NCBI RefSeq assembly: GCF_963921235.1
Contig: NC_086097.1
Span: forward strand, 165,728,001-165,792,000
Direction of reading: 5' to 3'
DNA length: 64,000 bases
DNA from: Mobula hypostoma
Lineage: Eukaryota
The notes under the pieces were generated by a model. The model searched no databases and was not told the origin of the DNA. It saw only the letters and a list, made by a program, of their open reading frames with translations. The stretch's first letter is position 1; the number at the start of each line of letters is the position of its first letter. A program made the translations under genes and the position numbers. This document shows positions 24,334 to 38,677 of the stretch, piece after piece.

Positions 24334-24600
24334 AGGCACAGTAGCGCTGCTGCCTCACAGTGCCAGAAACCTGGGTTCAATCCTGACCTTGGGTACTGTG
24401 GGTGTGAAATCTGCATATTCTCCCCGTGAATGTGTGAGTTTCCTCCGGACTCTCTGGTTTCCTCCCACATGCCAAAGATGTATGGTAAGGTATCTGGCCA
24501 CTGCATTTTGCAGCTACTATATTGGTGAATGGTAAAAATCCAGAGAATGGATGAAATACCGGGAGAATAGGTTTAATTCAGACCAATTTACATGAGTGGT
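24334..24600 (+). mobile_element. tRNA-derived SINE
   Basis: ggcacagtagcgctgctgcctcacag…gggttcaatcc (B-box-like) followed by the V-SINE-like body gtttcctccgga..ctctggtttcctcccaca. Confidence 0.7.
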
Positions 24601-27124
24601 TGCTCATCAGTGTACACTTGATGGGCTGTTTCCGCATCTCACATTCACTCTATATTGGAAATTACTTGTCTGAAAGGCAGGGGCACTTCTCCCTGTCACA
24701 GATTTGCCATGTTCTAGTGAATGCAGTGTTGTAAACAGCAGTTGTTTGGTGGGAAAGCATGATAAGGCAACAACTCGGGAATAGAAATGAATTGCTGCTT
24801 TCAGATTTTCCACTTAAATTGCAACAATGTCTTGCTATATTATCTGGTAGCATTCGGTTTAGAAATCAATACCTTACAGCAGGATCCCTGTGGGCCTGAA
24901 AATGATTAACCTTCACTCTGCTCAATAAAGCAGATGGTGCAGGAAATGGAAAAGGAGAGTGCTATGAAGGCTGTAATTTAGGCAGATGGCTGTATCCAAT
25001 TGACCTGTTAATGCTGAGCATGGTCATTACTGCGAAGGTGGAAGGAAATGGTTTATTCTACAACCGAAAATCCTCATTACTATGAGCATATATGTGCATA
25101 CAGATGAGTTCAGAAAAGCAGGTTCAAAACCCATATTATACATAATATGTAGCAGACAACTTTGGCAGATCTCCTCAGGGACATTTTCTTTCAGAAAGCT
25201 AATAACTTGCTTCATATTCCTGACATTTGCTTGAAAGAAGATGCCTTGTTTCAATAACCTTCCCTTTTAAAAATTCTTGTGCTGAAATGAACTGTTCTTA
25301 GCTGGGTTGACAGTAAGGAAGTTGCAGCCAATGCTATACGCACTGAGTGGTTATAGAATCAGTGAATCATATAGCTGAGAAACTCCGGCGTACAAGTACT
25401 CATCTATACAGATCTCATCTTTCAGCACATGGCCCGTTACCTTATATGCCTGGTGAAATAAATGCTTATCTAGCTACATCTTAAATGTTGTGAGATTCTC
25501 TGCCTCCATCATTTCCCAGGCAGCATGTTCCAGATTCCAACCACCGTCTCCAGTGCAATGACATCCTTCTTATAATGTGGTGACCAGAAATTCACGGTAC
25601 TCCATTTGTGGCCAAAGCAAAGTTTAGTAAAGTTATACCACAACCTTCTTGCTCTTATAGTCTGTGCCCAACTAATGAAGTGAAGAATCCCGTGTACCTC
25701 CTTCACCAACTACTCTACTTGTGCTGCCATCTTCAGGATTCTTAGATTTCTACTCGAAGGTTCCTCTGTTCCTCAAAACTCTCTAAGGCTCCAGATGCTT
25801 TTCATCTACGAATCATGTACTGTGGTGCACTGAATAATGGGGAGCTACAGTAGCCAATGCCATCTCCTTAAAGTAATCCCTGAGCCCTTACTCCATTTCC
25901 ACTGTCACTGCGCCTTAACCCACAAAACCTGATTCCCATATCCACTTCTTTCCCTAATATCCCCATTCCCTAAACCCTTTCCTGGTTCACAAGCCTGGCC
26001 TGTCAGAGAAAGTGTCTCGTGTGAAGAGAGTGGCAGTGTTACACTTTATTCACATGTTGTAAGACTGCAGAGAGGTGGCGGAGGTGGGACATGGTTGAGC
26101 GATCAATAGTGGTATTATATCCAAAACTTGTTGCCCCACAGTACTGAGGGACTGAAAATAAAAATTGGGAAAAGTTTGTTTCTTTTGCATGAGCTTTGTT
26201 TATCTCCTGAGTCTAAAGACACGAGGCCAAATGCAGGTTGGAAGAGCAACACCTCATGTTTCATCTTGGTAGATAGCATGAACATCAACTTCTCTCATTT
26301 CTGGTGATTTCTCCTTCTCCCCCTTCTCTCTTTTCCCCATTCTGGTTCCCCTCAAGACCCTTTATCAGACTCTTGATGAAAGGTCTTGGCCAAAACTTTG
26401 ACTATTTATTTCCTCCAGTTCCTCCAGTGTTTCGTGTGTTTATTCAAGATTTTCAGAATCCGCAGAATCGCTTGTGTCCTGAGACTAATGTTGGCCCCTG
26501 TGGTTAAATAATGGTCACTTTAAGAAATGGTCGCTTTGTCATCACTGATAAAATGGCTGAGTATGGAAGGAAGAAGATCCTGAAGGAACACACCTCTGCT
26601 TATCACATGGGATCTAATAGAAAAGTGGATTACAGATAATCATGATACATATAGTGAGTTTTCTAGAATGCAACCCACCGTAGTGCCAAGGGTTGGCAGG
26701 GATGTGGTAGTAGCCTGTATTGTTTAACTTGTTAATTAATCCTTGTGATATTTTTATGAAGTGAGTAACAGGAACCGTGCATTCAGTTCAACCATCCATA
26801 TGACATGCAGTGGTAACGCACGCTATGATTTCCCCAAGTAAATCTCTACATAGGTGCAAGATATGGGAGAAATTTAGGGGGAGTGACGTAAGCAAACTGG
26901 GAATAAATTCGCTAAAAAACATTCCATTTTGGATAAAGGGGAAGGCAGAAGTAGGCTAATTAAACTGTTTCTGTGGAGTCATGACTGATTTACGATGTTT
27001 CTATTTGCCTGCCCTTTTTCCATTTCCCTTAATACCCACGATTAATATCTTTGATTAAAACTTAATAATTGACTGGTATTTCCTCCTGAATATCTCCAAA
27101 CTTCTGTATGTATAAACCTTCCCT

Positions 27125-28700
27125 AATGCAGAGCTGGGCTGAGAAGCGGCAGATACAGTTCAATCTGGAAAAGTGTGAAGTGATACACTTAGGAAGGTCG
27201 AACTTGAAACAGAGTACAAGTATTGTAGAGGAACCGCAGGATCTTGGAGTCCACATCTATAGATCCCTTTAAGATGCTGCACAAGTTGATAGGGTTGTTA
27301 GGAAGGAGTATGGTGTGTTGGTCGTCGTTAGTTGGGGATTGAGATTGAGCTGCAAGTTAATGTTGCAGTTCTATAAAACTCTGGTTTGACTACACTTGGA
27401 GTATTGTGTCAGTTCTAGCCACCTCATTATAGAAAGTGTTACAAGGATCAACTCTCAATAATAATGGTCAGTTAGGCACAGAGAAAGTCTGTATTTACTG
27501 ACAAGTACCTTTATGAGCTCAGTTAACAAACACATGAATTTACAAAACTAATTACCTGTGTGCACACCCACTAGGTTTCCCTGACCCTCCATGAACAGTC
27601 AAAGATAATACCTGGGAAAAGGAGTCTACATTGATCAGGCATTCTTCTTAATTCTGCTGTAGTTTCCAATGTGGGGTCTTCCACTTCTGCAAAGATTGGT
27701 CTCCACAGAGCTGTCACTCCCAAAATCCTCCATTTTTTATTCTTTCCCTTAACAGATCATTTTATGATGTTTCAATTTCATTGGTTCATGTTGTCTGACT
27801 GGCCTGTCTCAGCTTCTTATTGGAAGTGGCCCAAGGCTACAAGTAGTATTGGTTTATGGCTCTTTCCTCCAGCCTTCTGCTCGGAGTCTTTTTGTTCTGT
27901 CCACCTCTGACTGGTTCAGTCCAGTCCAACCAGCTCAGACATACACTGGGCTCAGAGGACCGGATATCAGGCTGTTCCTCCTGCAAGTCTGCATTTTACA
28001 TAACAAAGAGCTTCTTATCTTAAAATGGTCTCAGCAAAACTATGGCCATGTTCAGTTGCTCTGTATAAGCTATCCCTGAGCAAGAACCAGTCCACCAAAT
28101 AGTTGGCTAAATTGCGACTGCAAGAGCAATCTCACAAAATGGCAGTTTCCATTCCTGCACACACATGGCAAGAACAAAGACTTCTGTTTTGTCTGTTTCC
28201 ACTACCCTTGCCTTATGGATTTGCAGATTGTAGTTCTTTCTGGCCAACAGAAGGGTGTGGAAGGTGCAGAGGAGATTTACTAGGGTGCTGCCTAAATTAG
28301 GGAGCATGTCCTGTGAGAAAGATTGAGTGCACTAGTGCTTTTCCCTTAAGAGCAAAGGAAGATGAGAGATGACTCGATAGATTGTAGATGATGAAGTAGG
28401 TAGAATGGACAGCCAGTTCCTATTTCACAGGGCAGAAATGGCTAATATGAGTGAGTGTAATTTTAGGTCATTGTGGAGGGAAGGGGTGCCCGAGGTAGGT
28501 TTTTGACCCGGAGAGTGGTAAGTGCATGGAGCGCACTGCCAGGGATGGTGGAAGAGGCTGACAGATTAGAGAAATTTAAGAGACTCTTAAATGGGCACAA
28601 GGATGAAAGAAAAATGGGGGGATATGTGGGAGAGAAGTGATTAAACTTGTAATAGCTTAAAAGGTCAGCACAACATCATGGGGAAAAGGGCTTGCACTTT
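27125..28700 (+). mobile_element. Decayed CR1 3' region interrupted by a solo LTR
   Basis: The CR1 sequence cctcattatagaaag | gaagggtgtgg resumes on the far side of the insertion. Confidence 0.75.
27437..28249. mobile_element. Solo LTR (813 bp) inserted in CR1
   Basis: TGTT…AACA termini; 4-bp flanks AAAG/GAAG (one mismatch); cleanly splits the host CR1. Confidence 0.75.
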
Positions 28701-30295
28701 CCTGTGTTCACACCTAAAAGGCCTGCCTTTGATTTTTAATCTTAAACTTGTCATCCTGGACTCCCCAGCCAGCAGCAGCAGTTTATATCTATTTTCCCTA
28801 TCAGTTCTTTTTAGTACCCTGAAAACTTCAGTCATATTAGCTTTTAATCTAAATCCCAGTGAATACATTGAGACACAAGAGATTACAGGGGCTTGACTCA
28901 GGACATGGTCTGTCCCTCTGCCTGGCCCTCTGAGTTCCTCTAGCAGTTTGTTTTTTCTGTCCCAGTGAGCACGTTACTGGTTAGTATAATTTCTCTTCAC
29001 AATTAAACCCTTTTAAAAGTTAGTCCTGTCATCATTTGGCAAATCTAATGGTATGGCACATAGGTTCCTCTGTCAGTATCTTTGTGCTTACATGTAGGAA
29101 TTTTTCTGTAGGGAGCAAAGCAGATAGGTATATACAGTTTCAATAGATCCGCTTGCTCTATGTAGACATGATACATCATAGTAAGGTCTTCTCATTAGCA
29201 TAGAAGGCATACAAGTGCTAAGAAATTTAGAGGAGATCTGAGGAAGATTATTTTTCATTCAGTGTACACTTGGAGTTTGCCTGAGTGAATGGTATAGGCA
29301 GCAATTCTCACAACTTTTAAGATGCATCTAGACAAATAATTGCATTGACAAGGCATAGAACTGTTGGTAAATGGGATTTGTAGCGATGGGTATTGGATTG
29401 TTGGTATAGAAGTGGGGGGCTGAAGGGCCTTTTCCTGTTCTGTTTGACTGTACGAGATGGTTATTGCACTGTCCCTTTCTAGGGGCAGGTTACTGAGCCA
29501 CTCTTTTTGACTAGGTATACAGAGTGGAGTAAAATACTTGCATTTATAAGTCACATTGCTGTATTGAACAGTCTCAAGAGGTTTCACAATCTGAGTGTTT
29601 CATTCTGATGTGAGTCAGAGACATAAATTCCAATTATTTTGATTAAATGTGGAAAGTCCCTCTTTAAAATTCCCAGAGGAATTTAAAACCTGCTCAGGTG
29701 GAGGTTTGAGCTTGTGAAAGGTTAAGTTTATGGATATCAAGAAGCTTTAACCCGCTTTTCTATGAGAAGGGAATGATTGATTAGCAATGTAAATACTCAT
29801 CCTTGTCCATTGTGTTAAGTAGAGAATTTTGCAGTGACTTCGTAACATACTCTCGAAATTGAAGCCAGCGAAACTGAAACTCAGAAGTGTCATATAGCAT
29901 GCAGTTGCTACTGAATTGTGCATTAAATATGAACTACTGAAGATTAATGTTTTGAGTCTGAATGAGACACACAGAAGCTGGAGCTGTAGATGTAGCAGGT
30001 CGCTATTCAGCACCAGCAGCGATGCAGGAAGAATTTCGGGTCAAAGTATGTTGAGTTTTTATACTCCTTCGAAATGTCTTATGAAATTTGATTAGATACA
30101 GTTGTATAGTTACATTTTCAGTGGACAGGTGGTTGTATAGAATTATCTATTTACAGTAGTAACATGCATTAACTAGCAAGGCCAGTTCTCAGTATTCATA
30201 CTCCTTTGTTGGGAATCCAGATACCTAAAACAGCCGGCTTTTACCTCTGTGTTGCAGGATGATTCTCCAGAAATCCCAGATACTAGTTGACAAAT

Positions 30296-30630
30296 ATAAG
30301 ACAGTAAGATATAGGAGCAGAATTAGGCCATTTGACCCATTGAGTCTGCTCTGCAACTCCATCATAGCTGCTTTATTGTCTTCCTCAGCCCATTCTCCTG
30401 CCTTCTCCCGCTAACCTTTCATGTCCTGATTAATCTTCTGATTAATCAAGAACCTATCAACCACTGCTTTAAATATATCCAATGACTTGGCCTGCACGGC
30501 CTTCTCTGGCAATAGATTCCACAGATTCACTATCTTCTGGCTAAAGAAATTTTTCCTCATTTGTGTTCTAAATGGATGTCTCTCATTTATGAAGCTTTGC
30601 CCTCTGGTCCGAGATGGATAAGATATCCAT
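30296..30630 (-). mobile_element. CR1 3'-end fragment
   Basis: Minus-strand peptide RTQMRKNFFSQKIVNLWNLLP; tail seen as ataagacagtaagatatagg. Confidence 0.8.
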
Positions 30631-30649
30631 GAACACATCAGCTCAGGTC

Positions 30650-31292
30650 TTCAGTACTTGGCCAAGTACTCTGTCCGGACCAGGTGCTTTCCTTGGATTC
30701 ACTCTCTTGAAGGCAGCCCATGTCATCTTCAGATACTGAGACCAAAGGATCATCAGGAAATGTGGGGATGCGTGATGGTTCCTCCATATTCTGATGGTCA
30801 AAGTGAGCACAGAAGGCCATTGAGCTCATCTGGAAGCGAAGCTCTGCTGTTCCCCTTGTCACTTGATTTAACTTTGTAGGAGGTTGTAGCATTCAAACCC
30901 TGCCACAGCTGTCGAGTATCCCTCATTGATTCCAGTCTGGTCCAGAATCTTCACTTTGCCCGTGAGATGGCTTTCTGGAGATCATACCTGCACCTCTTGT
31001 AGCATTCTTGATCTCCAGACTTGAATACCTTTGATCTGGTCCTCAGCAAATCCTGGATTTAATGGTTCATCTGAGGCTTCTGATTGAGGAAGACCGTGAA
31101 TGATTTCATAGGGGCACACTCATCTACGGCTGCTTTAATTGAGTCTGTTGCAACCCTGGTGTAGTCGCTCAGATCCTCCAAGGAGTGCTTGAACATGGCC
31201 CAGTCCACTGTCTCAAAGCAATCCTGTAATTCTTCCTCTGCCTCCCATGACCGTCTCTTTGTTGTCTTGATCTCTGGAGCCTTGTTTTTCAA
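30650..31292 (-). mobile_element. Rex1/Babar-type LINE internal fragment
   Basis: Peptide EELQDCFETVDWAMF…DECAPMKSFTVFLNQKP. Confidence 0.7.
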
Positions 31293-31403
31293 AATCTGAT
31301 GGGATCAGAGCAGCTGCCTCTTTTAACGTGTTTATAATCCAGTGCTACCAACTAGAATCAGATTAAATGGTTGTTTATAAATCATGTTGGAAATCTCCAT
31401 TGG

Positions 31404-33072
31404 TAATGGATTTTGATTATTTGAGCCATTGGTTAATCAGGGCAGCCATTTGTTTGGGACAATTCTTAAAGGGCAGAAGCTAAATCGAGAATGTAGCTGG
31501 GATTCCCTTCATTGATTTGCGACACTATGCTGGTTAATTGGGTCGCAAACCTGTTGTCAAACAGCTTCTAACTAGCATCAGTCACATGCACTTGTTTAGC
31601 CGTAAGACACTACACTGTGCTTAGAGTAATCAGTTTTTAAATAGTGTCAGTTGCTTGTGCTTATATTCAAAAAGCAGTTACTTTTGTCACTGATAATTGG
31701 TGAGAAATAAGCAGTAAGACAATCTCAAACTGTTTTGCTCACCATGGGTTCGAGCATTCAGGCTTAGAGATGCCAGAAACGTCTGAGAGTGAAAATGAAA
31801 CTATTTCACTATTTCAGTAAGTTGGGAATGATGAAGAATTTGAAGGTATTAACAGTCATCTTGAATATTACAATGAAAATGAAGATTTGAAGGTTGAAAT
31901 CATTGAAAGCTTTGTACGAAGGCAGTCCATTATATGCTCTGTGTCTGCACTGGTTTTGCTCATTCTTAAGTACACAGTAGATGAATTCCTCCAATAACTA
32001 TTAGGAACTAATACAGTACAGTTTTATAGTACTGTATGGGCATTTGTAGTGTTCTGATTTGTTCTATATTTCATTTAAATATATAATTTGTTACTCAGTT
32101 ATAAGGTAGTTTGTTTTTATTATACCTTGTTACGTACCCTGTAACTGGGTTGCCAAACCAGCAGAAATGGACCACTCGTTGGAGTCTGGATTACTAGGAA
32201 CTAATAAAGTTTTATTAAAGAAATAAGTAACACAGTACTCTAATCGTAAGGATATAAATGCAACAGATTTAGCAATGATAAAACACACATGTACACAGAA
32301 CTAGGGTAATAGGGATCAACCAAGCTCTATCGCAGTCTAGGGGTAAAATGACCAGTCTTAAGTGACGCAGAGTTCAGTTCAGCTTAGTACAGTTCACAGT
32401 AATCGCTGTTGTGCTGTTGGAGAGAGAGAGGGAGGGGGATGCAATTTGATTCAGGCAGACCTTTGATGTCTTCGCAGTTGGTTTTTGGGCGGACCCTTTT
32501 ATGTCTTCTATCCCGCTGTGGTCACCAACTGTGACCCCTCTGTTCTGGATACGATCGTTCTTCCGTGGTGAACCCGGCACCCAGGCAAGGGCGGACACAC
32601 ACACCAGGTTCCCACCGATTGTACCTTTACACCCTGTGAGCCTCTGGTCGGTTCCCGCGAACTGGACCTCCAAACTCCCACCAGCTTGTGGGGGCACACT
32701 GCTCTTTCCAGGGTCTCGTTATCTCATGATCTCGTGGTGTGTCGCGTGCTTTAGAGAACCTGCTCTTTTTATTCCCCTGCTGGGGTAGCACCTGTCCATC
32801 AAACTTCAAGCAGTTCAGGTTCAAAGTAACCGGTCTGTCAATATTCTGAATTGTGTTTCTTTTCCGTTAATCCCTCTGTCCTCTCTTATTAGCATTTTGA
32901 ATGTTTCTCCATTGTCTTTCTTATCTCTCCAATTAGCATCAATCGTCCGATAGCTTGATTTGGCGTCACAACCTTTTAACTATTTAGATGAAATTTTGGC
33001 TAATTGAGGCAGCTGCTTAATCGGGCCAAAGAGTACTGGTCCTGTTGTGTCCCAATTAACCAGAATCCACTG
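31404..33072. mobile_element. Non-autonomous Tigger/pogo-type DNA transposon with a nested solo LTR
   Basis: Right TIR …tgtcccaattaaccagaatccactg followed by TA; degenerate left TIR taatggattttgattatttgagcca; acidic transposase C-terminus-like remnant at ~31830-31910. Confidence 0.65.
32128..32970. mobile_element. Solo LTR (843 bp), Gypsy-type, relatively young
   Basis: TGTTACG…CGTCACA termini; perfect 4-bp TSD ACCT (32124-32127, 32971-32974); many CpGs retained. Confidence 0.9.
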
Positions 33073-36000
33073 TATTTGTACTATACTCTGCTTATGGGTG
33101 TAATGTGATTCCATTTCATAGTTAAGAAAGCATTGGATGATAAAAGAGACATAGCATATCCTGTAGTCAGATTTTCTAAAGTATATTTTTGTTTGAAGTT
33201 TGCCTATTTTATCTTTAATGTAAGTCAGAGCTGTTACATCTCTGGGTCCATGCAGTGCTGTACTGCCATCTACTTTTGATGTAAGATGTTGCATTCTGAA
33301 GTGAAACCTTTTCAGTAATTTGAATCAGCCAGCACCAAGGCATGCTTCTTGTCCAAATGGTATGAAAATGTAAATCCTAGTTGTTTTGAATATATAGAAA
33401 ATGCACATTTGTACTCTATAAAAGAAGAAATTTTCATTTTCATAGATGCAGCCTGATCTACTGAGTTCTACCAGAATTTTGTGTGTGTTGCTCTGGATTT
33501 CCAGCGTCTGCAGGATCTCTTGTGTTTAAGAAGGAATTCAAACTGCTTTTCAAACTTCGTTTTCCATAATATGGAGGAGGAAAGAAAAAAAAAATCAGAA
33601 TTTTAAAAACATTTTCAAAAAAGCTAATTGGTTTTACTTGCCCTTCAGGATGCGTTTCTCTAATCATTAGCACCAAGAGGTACCAGATTAGTGCATAAGG
33701 TCAGTCTGTCTCTGTTACTTTGGAGTTGGAGTCCAGTGACTCATTAATTAACATTTGGGTTTACTGATCATGAGGTTAAGTTGAATAAATGCACAGCAGG
33801 CATTGAACACTCTGCCCCTCATTTAAATAGGCTTTTCCTGCAGATAACTAATTCCTCCACAGACTTAACAATTGGAAAAATCAGATACATTAGTAATTAA
33901 GGGCATCTGCAAAACCTGACACAATATATTCACATCACAACATATGCCGGACTTATTAATCTGTTTAGTAATATGGGAACCACCCACAATGCAGTACAGG
34001 GACTGCCCAACGCAGAACCAGGTTATCTGGAGCCATGTTGCAACCTTTAGATGAGAGGAGCAGCTTCTTACAGTTCCATTGTCTGGTTGGACATGCTGGC
34101 ACATTACTGAGAGTGCTGCATTGTCACTGATGTCAGCTTTTGAATGAGCTGCTGTCTGCTCTCCCATACTGGCATACAAGATCCCAGGGTACCTACTTGG
34201 ACAATAGCAAAAACTGTGTTTGGATTAACACGTAGTCATACAGTTCAGAAGCAGGCCCTTTGGCCCATCTCATCCAAGATAGTCCCGTCTGTATCTCTCT
34301 AAACCTTTCCTACTGTGTACCTGTTCATGTATTTTAAACATTGCTATTGTATCTAACTCAACCACTTCCTCCAGCAGCTCATTCCAAGTACACACGACCC
34401 TCTGAATGAAAAAATTTGTCCCTCAGGTTCCTTTTAAATTTCTCCCCTCTCACCTTAAACCTTTGTCCTCTAGTTTTTGATTTGTAGTACTTTCTCTGGG
34501 GAAGGGATCATATACACTCACCCTCTTTATGCCCCTCCTGATTTTTATACACCTCAGGACTCAGACTGTGACACAAAAGGCATTGCTGCTTTCTTTACAG
34601 AGAGCACACAGGTGGGTAGGAAAGAAAATTGTGAAAGAAATTCTTGAGTATAAATATATCTGGTCTTTTGTGTCCCTTTCAGGACACCCCAAGTTATTGG
34701 GCCGTTGCCCATCTCTTCAAGCTAGTATGTGATCTTTTAAGCTAATACAAGAGAGCAGACAATGGCTCATCCAAAGTCAAATTTGAGTTTATTATCGTAC
34801 ACACCAAGTACACAAACGCGTAGGTGAAACGAAAAAACTTACAGCAGCATCACGGGACATGGCATTAGAGACACAACATTCACAAGAGAAACATACATTA
34901 ACAATATAAATTAAGAGAAGAAAGAACAAAGTCAGATATGTAAAATAATTATAGTGCAAGGTGGCCATAGTGCTGCTATCCTGAGGTAATGATTAGGGTT
35001 GTGCAGGTTGGTTTAAAAACCGAATGTCGATGAAGAAACCTGCACAACACTAACCACTGACTATAACAACACTATCACCACTTTGCACTCCAGTGGACTT
35101 TGTGTCAAAAGGTGACACCAGTAGCGGTGCTGCACTCTCTCAGTAATGTGCTGAAGTCTCAAATCAGACAGAGGAACTGTATAAAGTTGCTCTTCCTCAT
35201 GCTGAAGATAGTCACGTAACAGTTCCAAGTCGTCTGCTTCAGTGTGGGACTGTCCCTGCTGTAGACTGTGGGTGGTTCTCATATTACTAACACGTTAAGC
35301 AAGTCACATATATGTACCAATGTGGATATATAACATGAGGGTTTTATTGCTTTGGGCATCACGGATTGTTGGGCTGAATTTCCTTTCGATGAATTGTTCA
35401 AGCATTGCTTTCCTGTTGAAAGCTGACTAAAACAGGTGTAGCTGGAACTACAATACAAAGAGGAAATGTGTTGAAATAGAAAGGAGGATTTACTGGATAG
35501 GCGGGTGAGTTGGCGAACAAAGGAGTCAGGATGGAGTTGAGCAATGGAGCAGTGTTCTGCCCTGTTCCAGCTGCGTGTGGATCCGGGACTCAGGCCTAGT
35601 TGGCAGACAGTTTGGGGAGCTGTCTGGAATAAAAATCAAGAGTGCTCTGAGACTTCCTGTCGCTCTTTGTTTTTATTTCCACGAGCGAGATGGGCCAAAT
35701 CAGTAGTGAATGACGAACTCCTAAGACTCGTTACCATCTGCCAATTGTAAATACAAATCTGCATCCTTTGCCAGCTGTCATGTTTTATCATAAGCTGTAA
35801 GCTCTTTGAAAGATGCTCACAATAGAAAGGGAAAAGAAGGATTTTTAAATGGTGGATTCTAAATCAGCCCATGTTTATTAAATTATTTGCAACCATCATT
35901 GCAAACCCCTGCCTGAAATAATTTATCATTTTTTTCCTCATTGAATGCCTTGATCCTTTGTTATGATACTAATTTCTTGGCTACCTGATTTTCCATCCAT

Positions 36001-36347
36001 CATTCTCTGCAGAGAATTCAGCAACATTCTCACTGCTTGTCCTGTATCGGCTGCAAGGATACCATTAAAATGGGAAGAGTGCACAACAGGTTTACAGGGA
36101 TGTTACCAGGACCGGAGGGCTTGAGTTTTCACAAGAGGCTGGCTTGGCTTGGAGTAGGAGGCTGAGCGCTCACATTATAGATAAGCTGAGTAGCCGTGGT
36201 CTTTTTTGCTGGGTAGCAGAGTCTAAAGCCAGAGGGTGTAACCTGAGGATAGAGGGCAAGCATTTGAAAGCAGCCCGTGGGCAACTTTCTCACACAGATA
36301 ATGTGGGTATATGTCACGAGCTACCAGGGAAACAGTACAATTACAAT

Positions 36348-37508
36348 TTGTTGTGCATCCGTTAGTCTCGCGAGGCCATGGATCTGCGCCTGGAAAGTCT
36401 TGCTTCAATCTGTGTTGGTAGAGCAGTGTCTGTTGTGGCTGTAGAGGCCCATACTGAAGTGACAGTCTTAGCTGCAGCGACTGCACTTGAAGGTGCTGTC
36501 CTTCAGTGTTGTCTTGGTGCCATTTTTCCGACGAGTGCGCTTTTCTTCAGCAGCAAGCCTCAGCTTCTCTTTTCTTCTCTTTTTAGACCTCTGCGTAGTT
36601 CCAGCCTCCAGCAAGAGCGATCGCTTGCAATGTCCTCCCACCTCTCGATGTTTATGTTCAGTGACTTCATGTCTCTCTTGTAGACATCTTTGAAATGAAG
36701 ATGGGGCCGCCCTTGTGCTCTCTTGCCGGAGGCCAGTTCCCTGTACAGCAGGTCTTTCGGGATCCTCCCGTCTGACATGCGATGTACGTGGCCCAGCCAG
36801 TGGAGACGGCGTTGTTGGAGCAGGGTGAAGAGGCTGGGTATCTGGGCACGGGCCAGGACCTCATTGTTGGTGACTCGGTCAACCCACTTGATGTCCAGGA
36901 TGCGTCTCAGGCTGCGAAGGTGGAAGGCATTGAGACGCCACTCGTCTGGAGTAGAGGCTCCAGGTCTCACTGCCAGAAAGCAGTGTGCTGAGGACGCAGG
37001 CCCTGTAGATTGCAACCTTGGTGTGTGTCGTCAGCTTTTTGTTCTCCCAGACTCTCTTTGTCAGCCTGGCAAATGTTGAGGCTACTCGTCCGATCTGTCT
37101 GTTGATCTCGGGGTCTAGGGAGAGGCTGTCTGTGATGGTGGAGCCAAGGTACGTAAACTTGTGAACTACCTCCAGCTCGTAGTTGTTGTTGGCAGTGGCA
37201 GGGTGGTGCTCAATGCCTTGGCCCAACATGTTGGTCTTCTTCAGGCTGATGGTCAAGCTGAAGTCCTGGAGAAGCTGTCCATGAGGTGTTGGTGTTGCAG
37301 CTGCTCTTCAGAGTGTGTTGCCAGTGCTGCGTCGTCTGCAAACAACATGTCCCTGATGAGTACTTCATGGACCTTGGTTTTCGCCCTCAGCCGGGACAGT
37401 CTGAACAAGCTCCCATCCGATCTGTTGTGGAGGTGGACACCATCAGTTATGTTCCAAAGGCGTGCTTCAGCACCCTGTTCAGCACCTTCTTCGCAGTCAT
37501 GCTGAAGC
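36348..37508 (-). mobile_element. 5'-truncated RTE-BovB-clade LINE inserted in a CR1 3' fragment
   Basis: Peptides LSRLRAKTKVHEVLIRDMLFADDAAL, TISLKKT, FTYLGSTI, RLHWLGHVHRMSDGRIPK; 11-bp TSD ACAATTACAAT (36337-36347, 37509-37519). Confidence 0.92.
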
Positions 37509-38677
37509 ACAATTACAATATTTTAAAAATATTTAGACTGATACATAGGCAGGAAAGGCTTAGGGAGATATGGGCCAGATGCAGGCAAATGGAACTAGCT
37601 CAGGAAGGCCACTTGATTGGCTTGGATGAGTTGGGACATGTGGCGCGTTTACAATATTTTATGTTAATGACCCACATGCACACATCCCTCTTAAAGTCAA
37701 CAATGGGAATTGATCATCCCATTCCTGGACTACTGAAGGCAAGGTGGCATCTACCATTTTAGCTTTTGAATTGTTTCATCTCTATCAGCTCTTTTGTTCA
37801 TAAATCTACATGATTCGACACTGACCCTTGTAAAGAAAGTGCTTGAGCTTTGAAGATAAAAGTGAATGCAGATGCAGGTATCTGGAATAGAAAGCAAAAT
37901 ACTGCAAAACTCAGCAGGTCAATCAGCAGCCATGGAGTACTTTACTACAAAAGTACTAGGTTGGGAAGAAAGATTCTGGCTGTCCATAGATTGGATGATC
38001 TTTCTTCCCAGGGTAGAAATGTCAAATACTAGAAGACATACATTTAAGTTTAAAGGGGAAAAATCTAAAAAGATGTGCAAGGTAAGTTTTTTTTTTCACA
38101 TGGAGAATGGAAGTTCCCTGGAATGAGTAGCCAGAATTGCTGTTGGAAGGAGTTGCAATGGTTTGAGATTTTAATGTATATATCATGTGTACTGTACATT
38201 AAAAGATGCAGTGAAATGTGTCATTTGCATTAACAGTCAACCCACCTGAGGGTTTGCTCGGGCCAGTCTGCAAATGTCGCCACTCATTACGGCACTCACA
38301 TAGCATTCCCATGACGCTCAGCAGAACAACACAGAACACAACAACAACAGCAAAACAACCCTGTTCTTCACACAGGCACAGACACGCACAATCCTCCAAC
38401 AACATTTTTAAGTTTTTCCACAGAGAGTGGTGGTTGCATGGAATGCACTGCCCGTGGCGGTGGTGGAAGCGGATACAACCGGGTCCCTTAAGAGCATCTT
38501 AGATGGGTACATGGAGCTTAGAAAAATAGAGAGCGATGCGCTAGGGTAAATCTGGGCAGTTTCTAGAGTCGGTTACATGGTTGGCACAACATTGTGGGCC
38601 GAAGGGCCTGTAATGTGCTGTAAATTTCTATGTTCTAACATTTGAAAAATCTGAGTATGATAAAGGATGAAAAGAAG

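Noticed and set aside
34683..34732. Strong acceptor (tttgtgtccctttcag) giving an alternative tail RHPKLLGRCPSLQASM*
   Set aside because: No convincing similarity to the RAB31 tail and no terminal Cys motif; such acceptors are expected by chance.
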